A stretch of 55,555 nucleotides of DNA from positions 1,760 through 57,314 of the forward strand of contig CAYVSK010000005.1 in the NCBI GenBank assembly GCA_964453635.1, given 5' to 3'. The stretch comes from an uncultured Weeksellaceae bacterium. Lineage in GTDB: Bacteria > Bacteroidota > Bacteroidia > Flavobacteriales_D > CAYVSK01. Below the pieces are notes generated by a model. The model did no database searches. It saw only the letters and a program-made list of their open reading frames with translations, and had not been told where the DNA came from. A program made the position numbers and the translations under genes. Every line of letters starts with the position of its first letter. The first letter of the stretch is position 1. Shown in pieces: positions 19,624-30,195 of the stretch.

Positions 19624-21939
19624 TCAAGGATCTTTGGCTTCGCTTTGGTCCTCCATTTTGGCTTCGAAGGCTTTTTTGTAGCTGCTTCGGGCCTCATCGA
19701 TGAAGCCCAGGTGATGACCACCGGCGATCATTTTACCGCGGGTAACATGCCCCAAAGCCCGGAAGGGTATGCCCTTTTGATCCAGGAGACGGCGGGTCTC
19801 CTCTTCCCGGTCTTCTTTCAGGGTGATCACGATCCTTCCCTGCGATTCGCCAAAGAGGAAGATGTCGGGTCGCACGGATCCGGGCATTTCGATGTCAAAG
19901 CCGAGGCCACGTGGTATTCCCATTTCGGCAAGGGTCGTGAACAGGCCTCCATCAGAAACGTCATGGGCGGCATTGATCAGCTCCTTTTCGATCAGGTCGA
20001 GGATGGCCTGTTGGGTCTCGTACTCTTCCTCCAGATCGAAATAGGGAGCTGGGGAGTGGCGAATGCCATGCCATTTTGTGAGGTAATGGGAGGCATTGAT
20101 GTCGTTGCAGGCCGGGCCGACCTCCAGAATAAGGTCCCCTTTTTCTTTCAGGGAAAGGGTCATGATCTGCTTTTTGTCCTTTAAGGAGCCGACCATTCCG
20201 ATGACCGGGGATGGGAAGACAGCCTCTTCTCTTTCCCCCTCCATTGTTTGGTTGTAAAAGCTTACGTTCCCCCCGGTCACTGGTGTTTCGAATTTCCGAC
20301 AAGCAGCTCCCATTCCTTCAATGGCCTTGACGAATTGCCAGTAGACCTCGGGATCATAGGGGTTGCCGAAATTCAGGCAGTTGGTCACGGCCAGGGGTTT
20401 TGCTCCTGAACATACCAGGTTTCTGGCAGATTCTGCTACTGCGATCATGGCGCCTTTCTCGGGATCGGCTTGGATATATCGCGGATTCCCGTCAGTGGTC
20501 ATGCCCAGCCCCTGATCGGTACCCCGGATATCGATCACGCCCGCATCGGCCGGTCGCTCGGTGGTCATGTTCACGGTACCGACCATGGTATCGTATTGAT
20601 GGATGACCCATTCCTTGGAAGCGATATTGGGATGGCGGAGGATATCGAAAGCGACTTCCTTCAGGTCTGCTGGTTCGGGAACATGCTCGACAGAAAACGC
20701 CAGGCTTTTCTTGTAATGATCGGGTTCCTGAAAATCTCTTTCGTATACCGGCGCGCCTCCGCCCAATACGAGGTCCCACGCCGGCACCCGGGCGACCTCC
20801 TCTCCGTTCATCCGGTACTGCATTATCCCGTCGTCGGTCACCTCCCCGATCCTGGCGCAATTCAGGTCCCATTTTTCAAAGATCCTTTCCACCTCGCTCT
20901 CCTTGCCCTTTTGGATCACTACCAGCATCCGTTCCTGGGATTCCGAGAGGAGGATCTCGAAGGGCTGCATCCCCGCTTGTCGGGTCGGTACCCGGTCCAG
21001 GTCGATCCGCATCCCGCATTCGCCTTCGGCCGCCATTTCGGAGGTCGAGCAGATGATCCCGGCTGCCCCCATGTCCTGCATGCCTACAATGGTATCGCTG
21101 TTGGCGAGTTCCATGGTGGCTTCCAGGAGAAGTTTTTCCTGGAAAGGGTCGCCCACTTGAACCGCCGGCAGGTCGTCCATTGAGGCCTCCGTGATATCGC
21201 GCGAAGCGAAGGCCGCCCCGTGGATCCCGTCCTTGCCGGTCGCGGATCCCACGATATAAACCGGATTCCCGGGGCCATGAGCCGTGGCCGATATAGTCTT
21301 GTCGGTCTCCACCAGGCCGACGGACATGGCGTTGACCAGGGGGTTGGTGTTGTAACATTCGTCAAAAAAGACCTCGCCCCCGAGCACGGGCACGCCGAAG
21401 GAATTCCCGTAATCACCGATGCCTTTGACCACACCCCGGACGTGCCATTTTGTCCTTTGAAGGTCCGGGTGGCCGAAGCGCAGCGAATTAAGTTGAGCAA
21501 CGGGACGGGCCCCCATGGTAAAAATATCCCGGTTGATCCCGCCAACGCCTGTCGCAGCTCCGTGATAAGGTTCAATGGCGGAAGGGTGGTTGTGGGATTC
21601 GATCTTGAACGCACATGCCAGTCCGTTGCCGATATCCACAAGGCCGGCGTTCTCTTCCCCGGCTTTGGAAAGCAGGTTCTTGCCCTCGCTCGGCAGGGTC
21701 TTGAGCCAGCGGATGGAGTTCTTGTAGGAACAGTGTTCCGACCACATCCCGGAGAAAATGCTCAATTCGGTGAAATTGGGCGCCCGTCCCAGGATCTCCT
21801 GGATCCGTTCGTACTCTTCGGGCAAGAGGCCGAGCTCCTTCGCGAGCTCGATATTGGCGTCTTTTGATCTGGTCATGCTTTCCATGGACGATCCTCGATG
21901 GGGTGGACCGCAAAAATAGCGATCTCCTGAGACCGGCAA
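19624..21939 (-). CDS. purL: Phosphoribosylformylglycinamidine synthase subunit PurL
   Basis: LGLLPEEYERIQEILGRAPNFTELSIFSGMWSEHCSYKNS plus AIR-synthase-like repeats. The likely start is at 21885 (MESMTRS). Confidence 0.95.
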   Translation of the reverse strand: MPVSGDRYFCGPPHRGSSMESMTRSKDANIELAKELGLLPEEYERIQEILGRAPNFTELSIFSGMWSEHCSYKNSIRWLKTLPSEGKNLLSKAGEENAGLVDIGNGLACAFKIESHNHPSAIEPYHGAATGVGGINRDIFTMGARPVAQLNSLRFGHPDLQRTKWHVRGVVKGIGDYGNSFGVPVLGGEVFFDECYNTNPLVNAMSVGLVETDKTISATAHGPGNPVYIVGSATGKDGIHGAAFASRDITEASMDDLPAVQVGDPFQEKLLLEATMELANSDTIVGMQDMGAAGIICSTSEMAAEGECGMRIDLDRVPTRQAGMQPFEILLSESQERMLVVIQKGKESEVERIFEKWDLNCARIGEVTDDGIMQYRMNGEEVARVPAWDLVLGGGAPVYERDFQEPDHYKKSLAFSVEHVPEPADLKEVAFDILRHPNIASKEWVIHQYDTMVGTVNMTTERPADAGVIDIRGTDQGLGMTTDGNPRYIQADPEKGAMIAVAESARNLVCSGAKPLAVTNCLNFGNPYDPEVYWQFVKAIEGMGAACRKFETPVTGGNVSFYNQTMEGEREEAVFPSPVIGMVGSLKDKKQIMTLSLKEKGDLILEVGPACNDINASHYLTKWHGIRHSPAPYFDLEEEYETQQAILDLIEKELINAAHDVSDGGLFTTLAEMGIPRGLGFDIEMPGSVRPDIFLFGESQGRIVITLKEDREEETRRLLDQKGIPFRALGHVTRGKMIAGGHHLGFIDEARSSYKKAFEAKMEDQSEAKDP

Positions 21940-22004
21940 TGGGCTTCTCAGGTCGGATCCCTCCGGACCGGCAATTGGTTTAACTTTGGCTCAAAAGCGG
22001 GTCT

Positions 22005-23354
22005 TTGTCCGATCTTCTGTTGACCATTGCCTATCTGGCGCTCGTGTTCTTCGGCGTCTATCGCTTGAACTTTTTCCGTTTACCGGGACTCCCCCGGTAT
22101 TCCGCCCTCTTTGCTTTGGCGCTGAAACTATTGGCCGGCCTGGTGTTGGTCTGGTATTATGCCGGGGATCACATGGACCGGAAGGATGCCGACATCTATG
22201 TGCTCTATGATGACAGTGAACACATGTATGAAGCGCTCTGGTCGGAACCCGGGGACTTTTTCAGCATGGTCACCGGGATCGGGTTGGAACCGATCGATTA
22301 CTACAAGGCAGAATACTTTGACCAGATGAACAGATGGCTACCCCACGACAAAGGGGGGCTTTTTAACGATGCGCATTTCATGATCCGGTTGAACGCCCTT
22401 TTACGTCTTATTAGTGGTGGCGTATACGGGGTCCACGTGATCCTTATGTGTCTCTTCTCCTTGGTCGGTCTGGTGGCTTTCTACAAGACATTTCAGCCCC
22501 ATTTGAGGGACAAGGAACGGCTTTGGGGTGCTGTGCTTTTTTTGCTCCCTTCCCTGCTTTTCTGGACCTCGGGGATCTTAAAAGAAGGCTTACTGGTCTT
22601 TGCACTCGGGTCAGCCCTTTATTGCCTCCCCCTTTTCAGGGGGAGCAGGCGATTCACCCCTTTGTCTGGGGGATGGTTTTTAGCGGCTTTTGTGCTCATG
22701 GTCTTTTTAAAGCTGTATAGCTTCGTGATCCTTTTGGGTGCTCTTCTCCCGTTTTTGTGGTGCCGATGGATGAAGGACCGTCTTCCACTTCTGAACTTCT
22801 TCGGTGGGTTGGGGGTCCTGGTCCTTGTATGCTTATCCGTTCAATGGCTCGTTCCCCGGCTGGACTTGCTGGGTCTGATCCGTGAACAGCAAAGGGCCTT
22901 CATCGAGTTGGCCCGCGTGGAGGATCCGGATAGTCTCATCCCCCTCACGCGTTTGGACAATGCGTATGTTACATTGCTCGAAGTGCTTCCTGAGGCTCTC
23001 GTCAATACTTTTTTGAGGCCTTTGCCGGGAAACCTGGATGCCCTGCTTTATTGGCCGCCCTTTTTGGAGAACGTGTTCATGCTGACCTCCATGCTCGTAT
23101 GTATCACCTTGTCCAAGCCCATTTACCGGATCGATGTTCCCATGCTCCTTTTCGGGCTTACGGTCGTGCTGGGCTTTTATTCTCTGATCGGCTTGACGAC
23201 ACCGATCCTGGGGGCGATCCTGCGCTACAAGGTCCCTGCCCTTCCTTTTTTGTTCCTGGCCTTTTTCCTTATTTTAGATGCCGAAAAGGGGCGGCGCACC
23301 CTGAAGGGTATGGGGCTGATGCCAAAGACTTGGGATGGAAGCTCGATGCATTAA
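22005..23354 (+). CDS. Polytopic inner-membrane protein of unknown function
   Basis: 449-aa ORF with at least 10 hydrophobic segments. I recognise no catalytic motif. Confidence 0.6.
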   Translation: MSDLLLTIAYLALVFFGVYRLNFFRLPGLPRYSALFALALKLLAGLVLVWYYAGDHMDRKDADIYVLYDDSEHMYEALWSEPGDFFSMVTGIGLEPIDYYKAEYFDQMNRWLPHDKGGLFNDAHFMIRLNALLRLISGGVYGVHVILMCLFSLVGLVAFYKTFQPHLRDKERLWGAVLFLLPSLLFWTSGILKEGLLVFALGSALYCLPLFRGSRRFTPLSGGWFLAAFVLMVFLKLYSFVILLGALLPFLWCRWMKDRLPLLNFFGGLGVLVLVCLSVQWLVPRLDLLGLIREQQRAFIELARVEDPDSLIPLTRLDNAYVTLLEVLPEALVNTFLRPLPGNLDALLYWPPFLENVFMLTSMLVCITLSKPIYRIDVPMLLFGLTVVLGFYSLIGLTTPILGAILRYKVPALPFLFLAFFLILDAEKGRRTLKGMGLMPKTWDGSSMH

Positions 23355-23389
23355 GGGGTCGCGCTTCGTTCCTTCATTGAAGGATCTCC

Positions 23390-25054
23390 ATGGACAAGCA
23401 GCTTAAAGGGGCCATATCTCCGCTTCTCTTCATTCTATGCTTCGTTTTTATGATGAGTGGTTGCGGCTACAAAGAAGAACCCGCCGATCTGGTGGTCCAC
23501 AATGCCCGAATATACACCGTCGATACGGATATGTCCGTTAAAGAGGCCATGGCCATTAAGAATGGGAAAATTCAAGAACTCGGTGCGGAGCGGGCCATCA
23601 TGAACAAATATTCCGCGGAAAGAACGGTGGATGCTAAACAGAATCCTATCTATCCAGGTTTTATCGACGCGCATGCCCATTTTCTCGGATACGGGCGTGA
23701 CCTGCAAAAAGCGGACCTGGTCGGTGCCGAGTCCTATCAGGAGGTTCTCGGGCGTGTAAAGGATCATGCGGAAAAGGTCCCCGAGGGATGGATCGAGGGA
23801 AGTGGCTGGGACCATAATGAATGGAAGGAAAAGGAATTTCCCACCCGTGGACCGCTGGACAGCCTTTTCCCCGACCGCCCTGTATTGCTCGAAAGGGTTG
23901 ACGGGCATGCGGCCCTTGTCAACGGAAAGGCGCTGGAAATGGCCGGTATAAGCGGAGACACGAGTGTCACCGGCGGTAATGTCCGGACCGAGAAAGGAAA
24001 ACCCACCGGGATCCTGATCGACAATGCCATCGATCTTGTTCGTTCAGAAATGCCGGAGTTTTCCGAAAGGAGGACGAGAAAAGCCCTGCTGGAAGCCCAG
24101 GCGGATTGTTTTAAGGAAGGTTTGACGACCGTTGTGGATGCCGGTCTTTCGAAAAGAGCGGTCATGCTCATTGATACCTTGCACAGAGAGGGCCCCTTGA
24201 AGATCCGGCTCTATGCCATGCTTTCCGATACGAAGGAGAATTTCGATCACTTTCTCGAGCGCGGACCCTACAAGACGGAACGGCTGAACGTGCGTTCCTT
24301 TAAATTCTATGCGGACGGAGCGCTCGGGTCCAGGGGGGCATGCTTGCTGGAACCCTATAGCGATGTCGAGGATAGTGCTCAATACGGATTCCTTCTCAGG
24401 GATCCCGAATACTATCGGATGCAGGCCCGGAAGATGATCGAGCACGGTTTCCAGATGAACACCCATTGCATCGGCGATTCTGCCAACCGCCTTCTCCTGG
24501 ATATATACGGAAACGTACTGGAAGGGACCAACGACAAAAGGTGGCGTATCGAACACGCGCAGATCGTCCATGAAAAGGACCTTGACAAGTTCGGAAAATA
24601 CAACATCATCCCTTCCGTACAGCCCACACATGCCACCTCCGATATGAAGTGGGCGGATGAGCGTCTCGGGTCCGATAGGCTCGGGAATGCTTATGCCTTA
24701 AAAGAGCTTTTGGACCAGAATGGCATGATCCCCCTTGGCACGGATTTCCCCGTGGAAGGGATCGATCCCCTGAAGACCTTTTACGCTGCGGTCTTCCGCA
24801 AGAACGAAACCGGAGGACCGGACGGGGGGTTTCAGCCTGAAAATGCCTTGACCCGCGAAGAGGCCTTAAGAGGAATGACCATATGGGCAGCAATGGCCAA
24901 CTTCGAGGAAGGGGAAAAAGGCAGCCTTGAAGAAGGGAAATTCGCCGATTTTGTTATTTTGGACCAGGATATTATGAAGGTTCCTGAAGAGCAGGTCTTG
25001 AATACGGAAGTTGTTGCTACTTACGTAAATGGAGAGGAGCTGTATCGAAAGTGA
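23390..25054 (+). CDS. Amidohydrolase family (YtcJ-like metal-dependent hydrolase), lipoprotein signal
   Basis: Lipobox ..FMMSGC, then NARIYTVD..AMAIKNGKIQELG..YPGFIDAHAHF (an HxH metal site). Later come HCIGD and a C-terminal FADFVILDQD motif. Confidence 0.85.
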   Translation: MDKQLKGAISPLLFILCFVFMMSGCGYKEEPADLVVHNARIYTVDTDMSVKEAMAIKNGKIQELGAERAIMNKYSAERTVDAKQNPIYPGFIDAHAHFLGYGRDLQKADLVGAESYQEVLGRVKDHAEKVPEGWIEGSGWDHNEWKEKEFPTRGPLDSLFPDRPVLLERVDGHAALVNGKALEMAGISGDTSVTGGNVRTEKGKPTGILIDNAIDLVRSEMPEFSERRTRKALLEAQADCFKEGLTTVVDAGLSKRAVMLIDTLHREGPLKIRLYAMLSDTKENFDHFLERGPYKTERLNVRSFKFYADGALGSRGACLLEPYSDVEDSAQYGFLLRDPEYYRMQARKMIEHGFQMNTHCIGDSANRLLLDIYGNVLEGTNDKRWRIEHAQIVHEKDLDKFGKYNIIPSVQPTHATSDMKWADERLGSDRLGNAYALKELLDQNGMIPLGTDFPVEGIDPLKTFYAAVFRKNETGGPDGGFQPENALTREEALRGMTIWAAMANFEEGEKGSLEEGKFADFVILDQDIMKVPEEQVLNTEVVATYVNGEELYRK

Positions 25055-25108
25055 ATGAGGGGGCCGGAACTGGTTCATATTCCTTTGTAAGCGCATTTTC
25101 TGAAGCTC

Positions 25109-26878
25109 ATGAAAAAACCTACCCGATTATTTGACATTCCGCGCTATCAGGCGGACCAATTCCCAAAGGAGGATGCCTTGGCCGCGAGGAAAGCGGGGGA
25201 ATGGGTCAAACATTCCACCCATGAATTCATCGAGAAGGCCAATGCCGTCAGCAGAGGGCTATTGGCACTCGGGATCCAAAAGGGTGACAAGGTCGCCATG
25301 ATATCCGAAAACCGCCCGGAGTGGAATATCATGGACATTGGCATCATGCAGATCGGCGCGGTGGATGTGCCCATCTATCCCAGCATTTCCACGGATGACT
25401 ACCATTACATCTTCGATCATGCAGAGGTGCGGCTTTGTATCGTCTCAACCCGGGAATTGTACGACAAAGTGGCGGAGGTCAAGGATAAAGCCGCGACCCT
25501 GGAGAAGGTCTATTCCTTCGATGAACTGGAAGGGGTTGCTCACTGGACCGAGATCCCGGAGGCGGGTGATGAGGGCTATGCGGATAAGGTCCAGGAGCTG
25601 ATGGACGGGATCGATCCGCACGACCTGGCGACCTTTATTTATACATCCGGTACCACCGGCCGGCCCAAGGGGGTGATGCTATCGCACGACAATATTGCCA
25701 GCAATGCGAGGGCTTCCAGGGAAAGGTTGCCGGTGGGAGAGAACAGCCGGGCATTGACCTTTTTGCCGGTCTGCCACGTGTACGAACGCATGATCCACTA
25801 CCTCTACATGCTGACCGGGGTCTCCATCTACTTTGCCGATTCCATCGACACCGTGGGGGAGGATCTGAGGGCAACGCAACCTGATGTCTTCAGCGCTGTC
25901 CCCAGGCTTCTGGAAAAGGTCTATGACCGGATCGTGGCCAAAGGCTACGAACAAAAAGGGGTTAAGAAAAAGCTCTTCTTCTGGGCCCTGGCATTGGGTC
26001 ATAAATATGACCCCCGGGAAAAGATGGGCCTGGGGACGAAACTCAAATACGCCGTGGCGGATAAGCTGATCTTTAGCAAATGGCGCGAAGCCGTTGGCGG
26101 TCAGGTAAAAGCGGTGGCCTCCGGCAGTGCTCCGTTACAACCACGCCTGGCCCGGGTTTTCAATGCTGCTGGTATCCCCGTATTAGAGGGTTATGGGTTG
26201 ACGGAGACCTCTCCGGTGGTCTCGGTGAATTCCAAGGAGAACAACGGGCTGATGATCGGAACGGTCGGGCGCCCCATCCGGAACGTAAAGGTCAAGATCG
26301 CCGAGGATGGCGAGGTGCTCGTTCAAGGACCGAATGTCATGCTGGGTTACTACAAGGACGAGGAGAAGACCAAAGCGGTCCTTGATGAGAACGGGTGGTT
26401 CTATACGGGTGATATCGGGGAAATGGTGAATGGCGAATTCCTCAAGATCACGGACCGCAAAAAGGAAATGTTCAAGACCGCCGGGGGAAAGTACATTGCC
26501 CCCGGATGGATGGAGAACAAATTCAAGGAATCCCCCTTTATCGAGCAGATCATGGTGATCGGCGAAGGGCGAAAATTCCCTGCGGCATTGATCGTGCCGG
26601 CTTTCGAGCATATCCGGGAATGGGGGCGTTACAATGAAATGGGGGAATTCGGTGATGAGAAAGCCATTGCCAATGATCCAACGGTCCGCCAAAAGATCGA
26701 GGCGGAAGTAGAAGGGTACAATCAGAGCTTCGGCCAGTGGGAACGGATCAAGAAGTTTGAATTGATCCCGGGTGAATGGTCCGTGGAAACGGATGAACTG
26801 ACCCCGACCCTGAAAGTCAAACGCAAAGTGGTGATGGAAAAGTACCAGCACCTGATCGACAAGATCTATGCGGAGTAA
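25109..26878 (+). CDS. Long-chain fatty-acid--CoA ligase (AMP-dependent synthetase)
   Basis: AMP-binding motif IYTSGTTGRPKGVMLSHDNI, then GYGLTETSP and TGDIGEM..L.ITDRKK. Confidence 0.9.
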   Translation: MKKPTRLFDIPRYQADQFPKEDALAARKAGEWVKHSTHEFIEKANAVSRGLLALGIQKGDKVAMISENRPEWNIMDIGIMQIGAVDVPIYPSISTDDYHYIFDHAEVRLCIVSTRELYDKVAEVKDKAATLEKVYSFDELEGVAHWTEIPEAGDEGYADKVQELMDGIDPHDLATFIYTSGTTGRPKGVMLSHDNIASNARASRERLPVGENSRALTFLPVCHVYERMIHYLYMLTGVSIYFADSIDTVGEDLRATQPDVFSAVPRLLEKVYDRIVAKGYEQKGVKKKLFFWALALGHKYDPREKMGLGTKLKYAVADKLIFSKWREAVGGQVKAVASGSAPLQPRLARVFNAAGIPVLEGYGLTETSPVVSVNSKENNGLMIGTVGRPIRNVKVKIAEDGEVLVQGPNVMLGYYKDEEKTKAVLDENGWFYTGDIGEMVNGEFLKITDRKKEMFKTAGGKYIAPGWMENKFKESPFIEQIMVIGEGRKFPAALIVPAFEHIREWGRYNEMGEFGDEKAIANDPTVRQKIEAEVEGYNQSFGQWERIKKFELIPGEWSVETDELTPTLKVKRKVVMEKYQHLIDKIYAE

Positions 26879-28097
26879 AAGGGCATTCAGGAAAAGGGTC
26901 CGGGCCCTTCTTCATGCTCTGGTCTGCTTTTTGATCCTGCTCGGGGGTTGCAGTGAAAAACAGGGGAAAGAGACCGAAGGGAGCGGATCATCGGAGGCGG
27001 GTCCCAAGCGCTCCGGGGATTCGCTTTTTCATCCGGTCGAAATATCCCATGCCCAACGTTTTGATATCACGTACCGGGGCGATCACAAAGTTGTGGAGGT
27101 CAACCGGCCCTGGCCCGATGCTCAAAAGGGGTTCCGTTATGTCCTTCATCAGCGGGGTACAGAGCCCCCAAAGAGATATGACGATGCGCGCTTTGTGGAA
27201 GTGCCGGTCCCCAAGATTGCTTGCCTTTCCAGTATCTCCGTGGCCTTTATGCGCGAACTCGGGCTACTCGACAAATTGGCGGCGGTCTCTTCGGCCGACC
27301 GGATCTACGATAAAAAAGTAAGAGAGGGGGTCGAAGAAGGGCGTATCAAAGCAGTGGGGGGAAATGCGGATATCAATATAGAACGGATCATGGCTTTGCG
27401 ACCCTTGTTGGTGGCCACTTATGGTTCGGGGGACCCCGCCCGGGATGTTCATTCCAAACTAACTGAGGCCGACATTCCGGTCGCTATACAAGCGGATTTC
27501 ATGGAAAGAACGCCCCTCGGCAGGGCTGAGTGGATCAAATTCCTGGCCGCTTTTCTCAACAAAGAGAAAAAAGCAGCGGAAATTTTCAGTGCGATCGAAG
27601 AAACGTACAAAAGATATTCAAAGCTTGCAAAAGGGGCTGAGGAAAAACCTACTGTGATCACAGGCCGAAACCGGGGAGGTACTTGTTGGGTGCCCGGGGG
27701 GCGAAGTTATATGGCTCGTTTTTTAAAGGATGCTGGTGCGAATTACCTATGGGGCGCCGACACAGCCTCAGGCAGCATCAAGGTGGCTTTTGAAGCTTTC
27801 TACGAAAAGGGGCATAAAGCTCAATATTGGGTGCTCAATGAAGCGGCCTGGCGGTCACGCGATGCAATGAAAAGTGCAGATGATCGTTATGCACGCTTTC
27901 GAGCCTTTCAGACGGGTAATGTTTTTGATATCTGGGGGCGTGTTGGTTCCGACCGTTCGAACGACTATTTCGAGACCGGGGTCGCGGCTCCTCATTTGGT
28001 CCTCAAGGACCTCATAAGGATCTTTCATCCCGATCTGTTGCCCCAACACGAGATGCTCTTTTATCGGCGCCTTGAATCTTCCAATAATTCCGAATGA
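26868..28097 (+). CDS. ABC transporter periplasmic substrate-binding protein (BtuF/FhuD-type, class III)
   Basis: Lipoprotein-like N-terminus (LLGGCSEKQ). The Peripla_BP_2-like core is IACLSSISVAFMRELGLLDKLAAVS...ERIMALRPLLVATYG. The 11-bp overlap with the upstream gene suggests an operon. Confidence 0.75.
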   Translation: MRSKRAFRKRVRALLHALVCFLILLGGCSEKQGKETEGSGSSEAGPKRSGDSLFHPVEISHAQRFDITYRGDHKVVEVNRPWPDAQKGFRYVLHQRGTEPPKRYDDARFVEVPVPKIACLSSISVAFMRELGLLDKLAAVSSADRIYDKKVREGVEEGRIKAVGGNADINIERIMALRPLLVATYGSGDPARDVHSKLTEADIPVAIQADFMERTPLGRAEWIKFLAAFLNKEKKAAEIFSAIEETYKRYSKLAKGAEEKPTVITGRNRGGTCWVPGGRSYMARFLKDAGANYLWGADTASGSIKVAFEAFYEKGHKAQYWVLNEAAWRSRDAMKSADDRYARFRAFQTGNVFDIWGRVGSDRSNDYFETGVAAPHLVLKDLIRIFHPDLLPQHEMLFYRRLESSNNSE

Positions 28098-29143
28098 GGC
28101 GTGGAGGGTCAGGGTATAAAGGGCTATTTGCCGTTCTTTTGCCGGTCCTCGTCCTGCTCTTCCTTGCCGATCTGGCCCTGGGTTCTGTTGCGATCCCGCT
28201 CATGGAGGTGGGTACCTTCCTGTTCGGCGGGGCGCCGTCCCAAGAGGTCTGGGGAGATATTCTGTTGAGCTTTCGCTTGCCCAAAGCCCTTACGGCTTTG
28301 TTCGTGGGAATGGGATTGGCGTTGAGCGGTCTCCAGATGCAGACCCTGTTCCGGAATCCCCTTGCCGGCCCCTTTGTCTTGGGGATCAGTGCGGGTGCCA
28401 GCTTAGGGGTCGCTTTGCTCGTCCTTGGAACGGGTTTCCTTACTTCGATGATCGGATGGGCAGTGCCGTTCGATGGAAAGATCGGTTCGGTCCTGGCGGC
28501 CAGTATCGGGGCCATGGCCGTATTGTTCCTGATCCTTGTCCTGGCCCGGCGCTTCATGGACCATGTTACTCTTTTGATCGCAGGTCTCATGCTGGGATAT
28601 CTGACCAATGCGGTGGTCAATATGCTCATGTACTTCAGTGAGGCAAAAGCGATTCAGGCTTATGTCATTTGGACCTTCGGGAGCTTTTCTGAAGTATCGG
28701 TCGCGCAATTGTGGGTGCTCGGAGGGGCGGTTTTGGCGGGCTCGCTGATCCCCGCCCTTCTATCCAAGTGGATGAACGCCCTTCTGCTTGGAGAGACCTA
28801 TGCCCGTGGACTCGGGGTCTCCGTTAATCGTTTCCGTTACCTGCTAATTCTCAGTACTGGCCTGATGGCTGGGGCAATCACGGCCTTTTGTGGACCCATA
28901 GCTTTTATTGGTGTGGCCATTCCGCATTTGGCGCGTGGCTTGTTCAATACTTCCGATCACCGGGTGCTGGTGCCAGGGGTCTTGCTTAGTGGGGCCATCG
29001 TTGCCCTTGCTTGTGATATCGTTGCTCAGCTGCCGGGTCGTGATACAACGCTCCCGATCAATTCGGTCACCTCCATTATCGGAGCGCCGATCGTGTTGTG
29101 GGTGGTCATTCGTATGCGCAACCTTCGATCCGCATTTGGCTGA
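28094..29143 (+). CDS. FecCD/BtuC-family ABC transporter permease
   Basis: 349-aa polytopic protein with typical FecCD sequence (LSFRLPKALTALFVGMGLALSGLQMQTLFRNPLAGPFVLGISAGASLG ... GPIAFIGVAIPHLAR). Confidence 0.9.
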   Translation: MRRGGSGYKGLFAVLLPVLVLLFLADLALGSVAIPLMEVGTFLFGGAPSQEVWGDILLSFRLPKALTALFVGMGLALSGLQMQTLFRNPLAGPFVLGISAGASLGVALLVLGTGFLTSMIGWAVPFDGKIGSVLAASIGAMAVLFLILVLARRFMDHVTLLIAGLMLGYLTNAVVNMLMYFSEAKAIQAYVIWTFGSFSEVSVAQLWVLGGAVLAGSLIPALLSKWMNALLLGETYARGLGVSVNRFRYLLILSTGLMAGAITAFCGPIAFIGVAIPHLARGLFNTSDHRVLVPGVLLSGAIVALACDIVAQLPGRDTTLPINSVTSIIGAPIVLWVVIRMRNLRSAFG

Positions 29144-30165
29144 TGGTGCTAAAGGAGCAGTCCAAAGAGCTCGAGACCGAGGCATTGACGGTGGGGTTTA
29201 AAGGTAGTTGGAAGGGTGGGGTGCCGGTCCTCTCCGGGGTGAATGTGACCCTTCGAAAAGGGGAATTGGTTTGTTTGATCGGTCCCAACGGTACCGGTAA
29301 ATCCACCCTTCTCAGAACCCTGGCTGGCGTTCATCCGCCTCTGGCAGGTCAGGTCTTTCTTCAGGGAAAGGACCTTGGGGGGATGGGGCCCCCTGAAGTT
29401 GCCAAAAGTGTGAGTATCGTGTTGACCGAGCGGGTCGGTGGTGCTGGCTTGACGGTCTACGATATCGTTGCCATGGGGCGTTATCCCTACACGGATCGGT
29501 GGGGTCTTCTTTCGGATATGGACCGGGAATTCGTTGAAAAGGCCCTGGAAAGGGTCGGTATGGGTGCATTGGCCCACCGGCAGCTCCATGAAGTGAGTGA
29601 TGGGGAGCGTCAGAAAGCGATGATCGCAAAAGCATTGGCCCAGGACACGCCCTTTATGTTCCTCGATGAGCCGACCGCCCACCTCGACCTGCCCAACCGG
29701 GTCGCTTTGCTGGCCCTGCTCAGGAAACTATCCGCGGATACCGGGAAGAGCATCCTCGTTGCTACGCACGAACTCGATCTGGCCCTGCAAGTGGCGGATA
29801 GTCTGTGGCTGATCGGTGAAGAGGGCCATATTCATACGGGATTGGCTGAAGAGATGGTCCTTCAGGGACATTTGCAACACTTGTTCGAAGGGGAAGGGGT
29901 CTCTTTTGACCCCTCATCCGGAACCTTCAGGATGCTTTACCAGGAAGGGACCAAAAAGGTCGGAGTAAAAGGGGGTGGGTGGATCGGGGAATGGACTGGG
30001 CGTTTCCTCCGGAAAAATGGATACACCCTGGTGGAGGATGAGTCGGGGATGGCCCTCGTTGAGGTCGATCAAGCGGGACCGGCCTGGGTGGTCGTAAAGA
30101 ACGGAGAACGCATTCCAGCGAAAGGCCTCATGGAAGTATTGGAGGCCCTTGAGCCTCGGGTCTAG
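29143..30165 (+). CDS. ABC transporter ATPase (FecE/BtuD-type) with ~85-aa C-terminal extension
   Basis: ORF 29098..30165. The likely start is the ATG at 29143, overlapping the permease stop. Walker A GPNGTGKST, signature VSDGERQ, Walker B FMFLDEPTAHLD and H-loop ATHELD are present. Confidence 0.9.
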   Translation: MVLKEQSKELETEALTVGFKGSWKGGVPVLSGVNVTLRKGELVCLIGPNGTGKSTLLRTLAGVHPPLAGQVFLQGKDLGGMGPPEVAKSVSIVLTERVGGAGLTVYDIVAMGRYPYTDRWGLLSDMDREFVEKALERVGMGALAHRQLHEVSDGERQKAMIAKALAQDTPFMFLDEPTAHLDLPNRVALLALLRKLSADTGKSILVATHELDLALQVADSLWLIGEEGHIHTGLAEEMVLQGHLQHLFEGEGVSFDPSSGTFRMLYQEGTKKVGVKGGGWIGEWTGRFLRKNGYTLVEDESGMALVEVDQAGPAWVVVKNGERIPAKGLMEVLEALEPRV

Positions 30166-30195
30166 CCTCTAATGTATGTCCCTTTTGGCTTTCCG

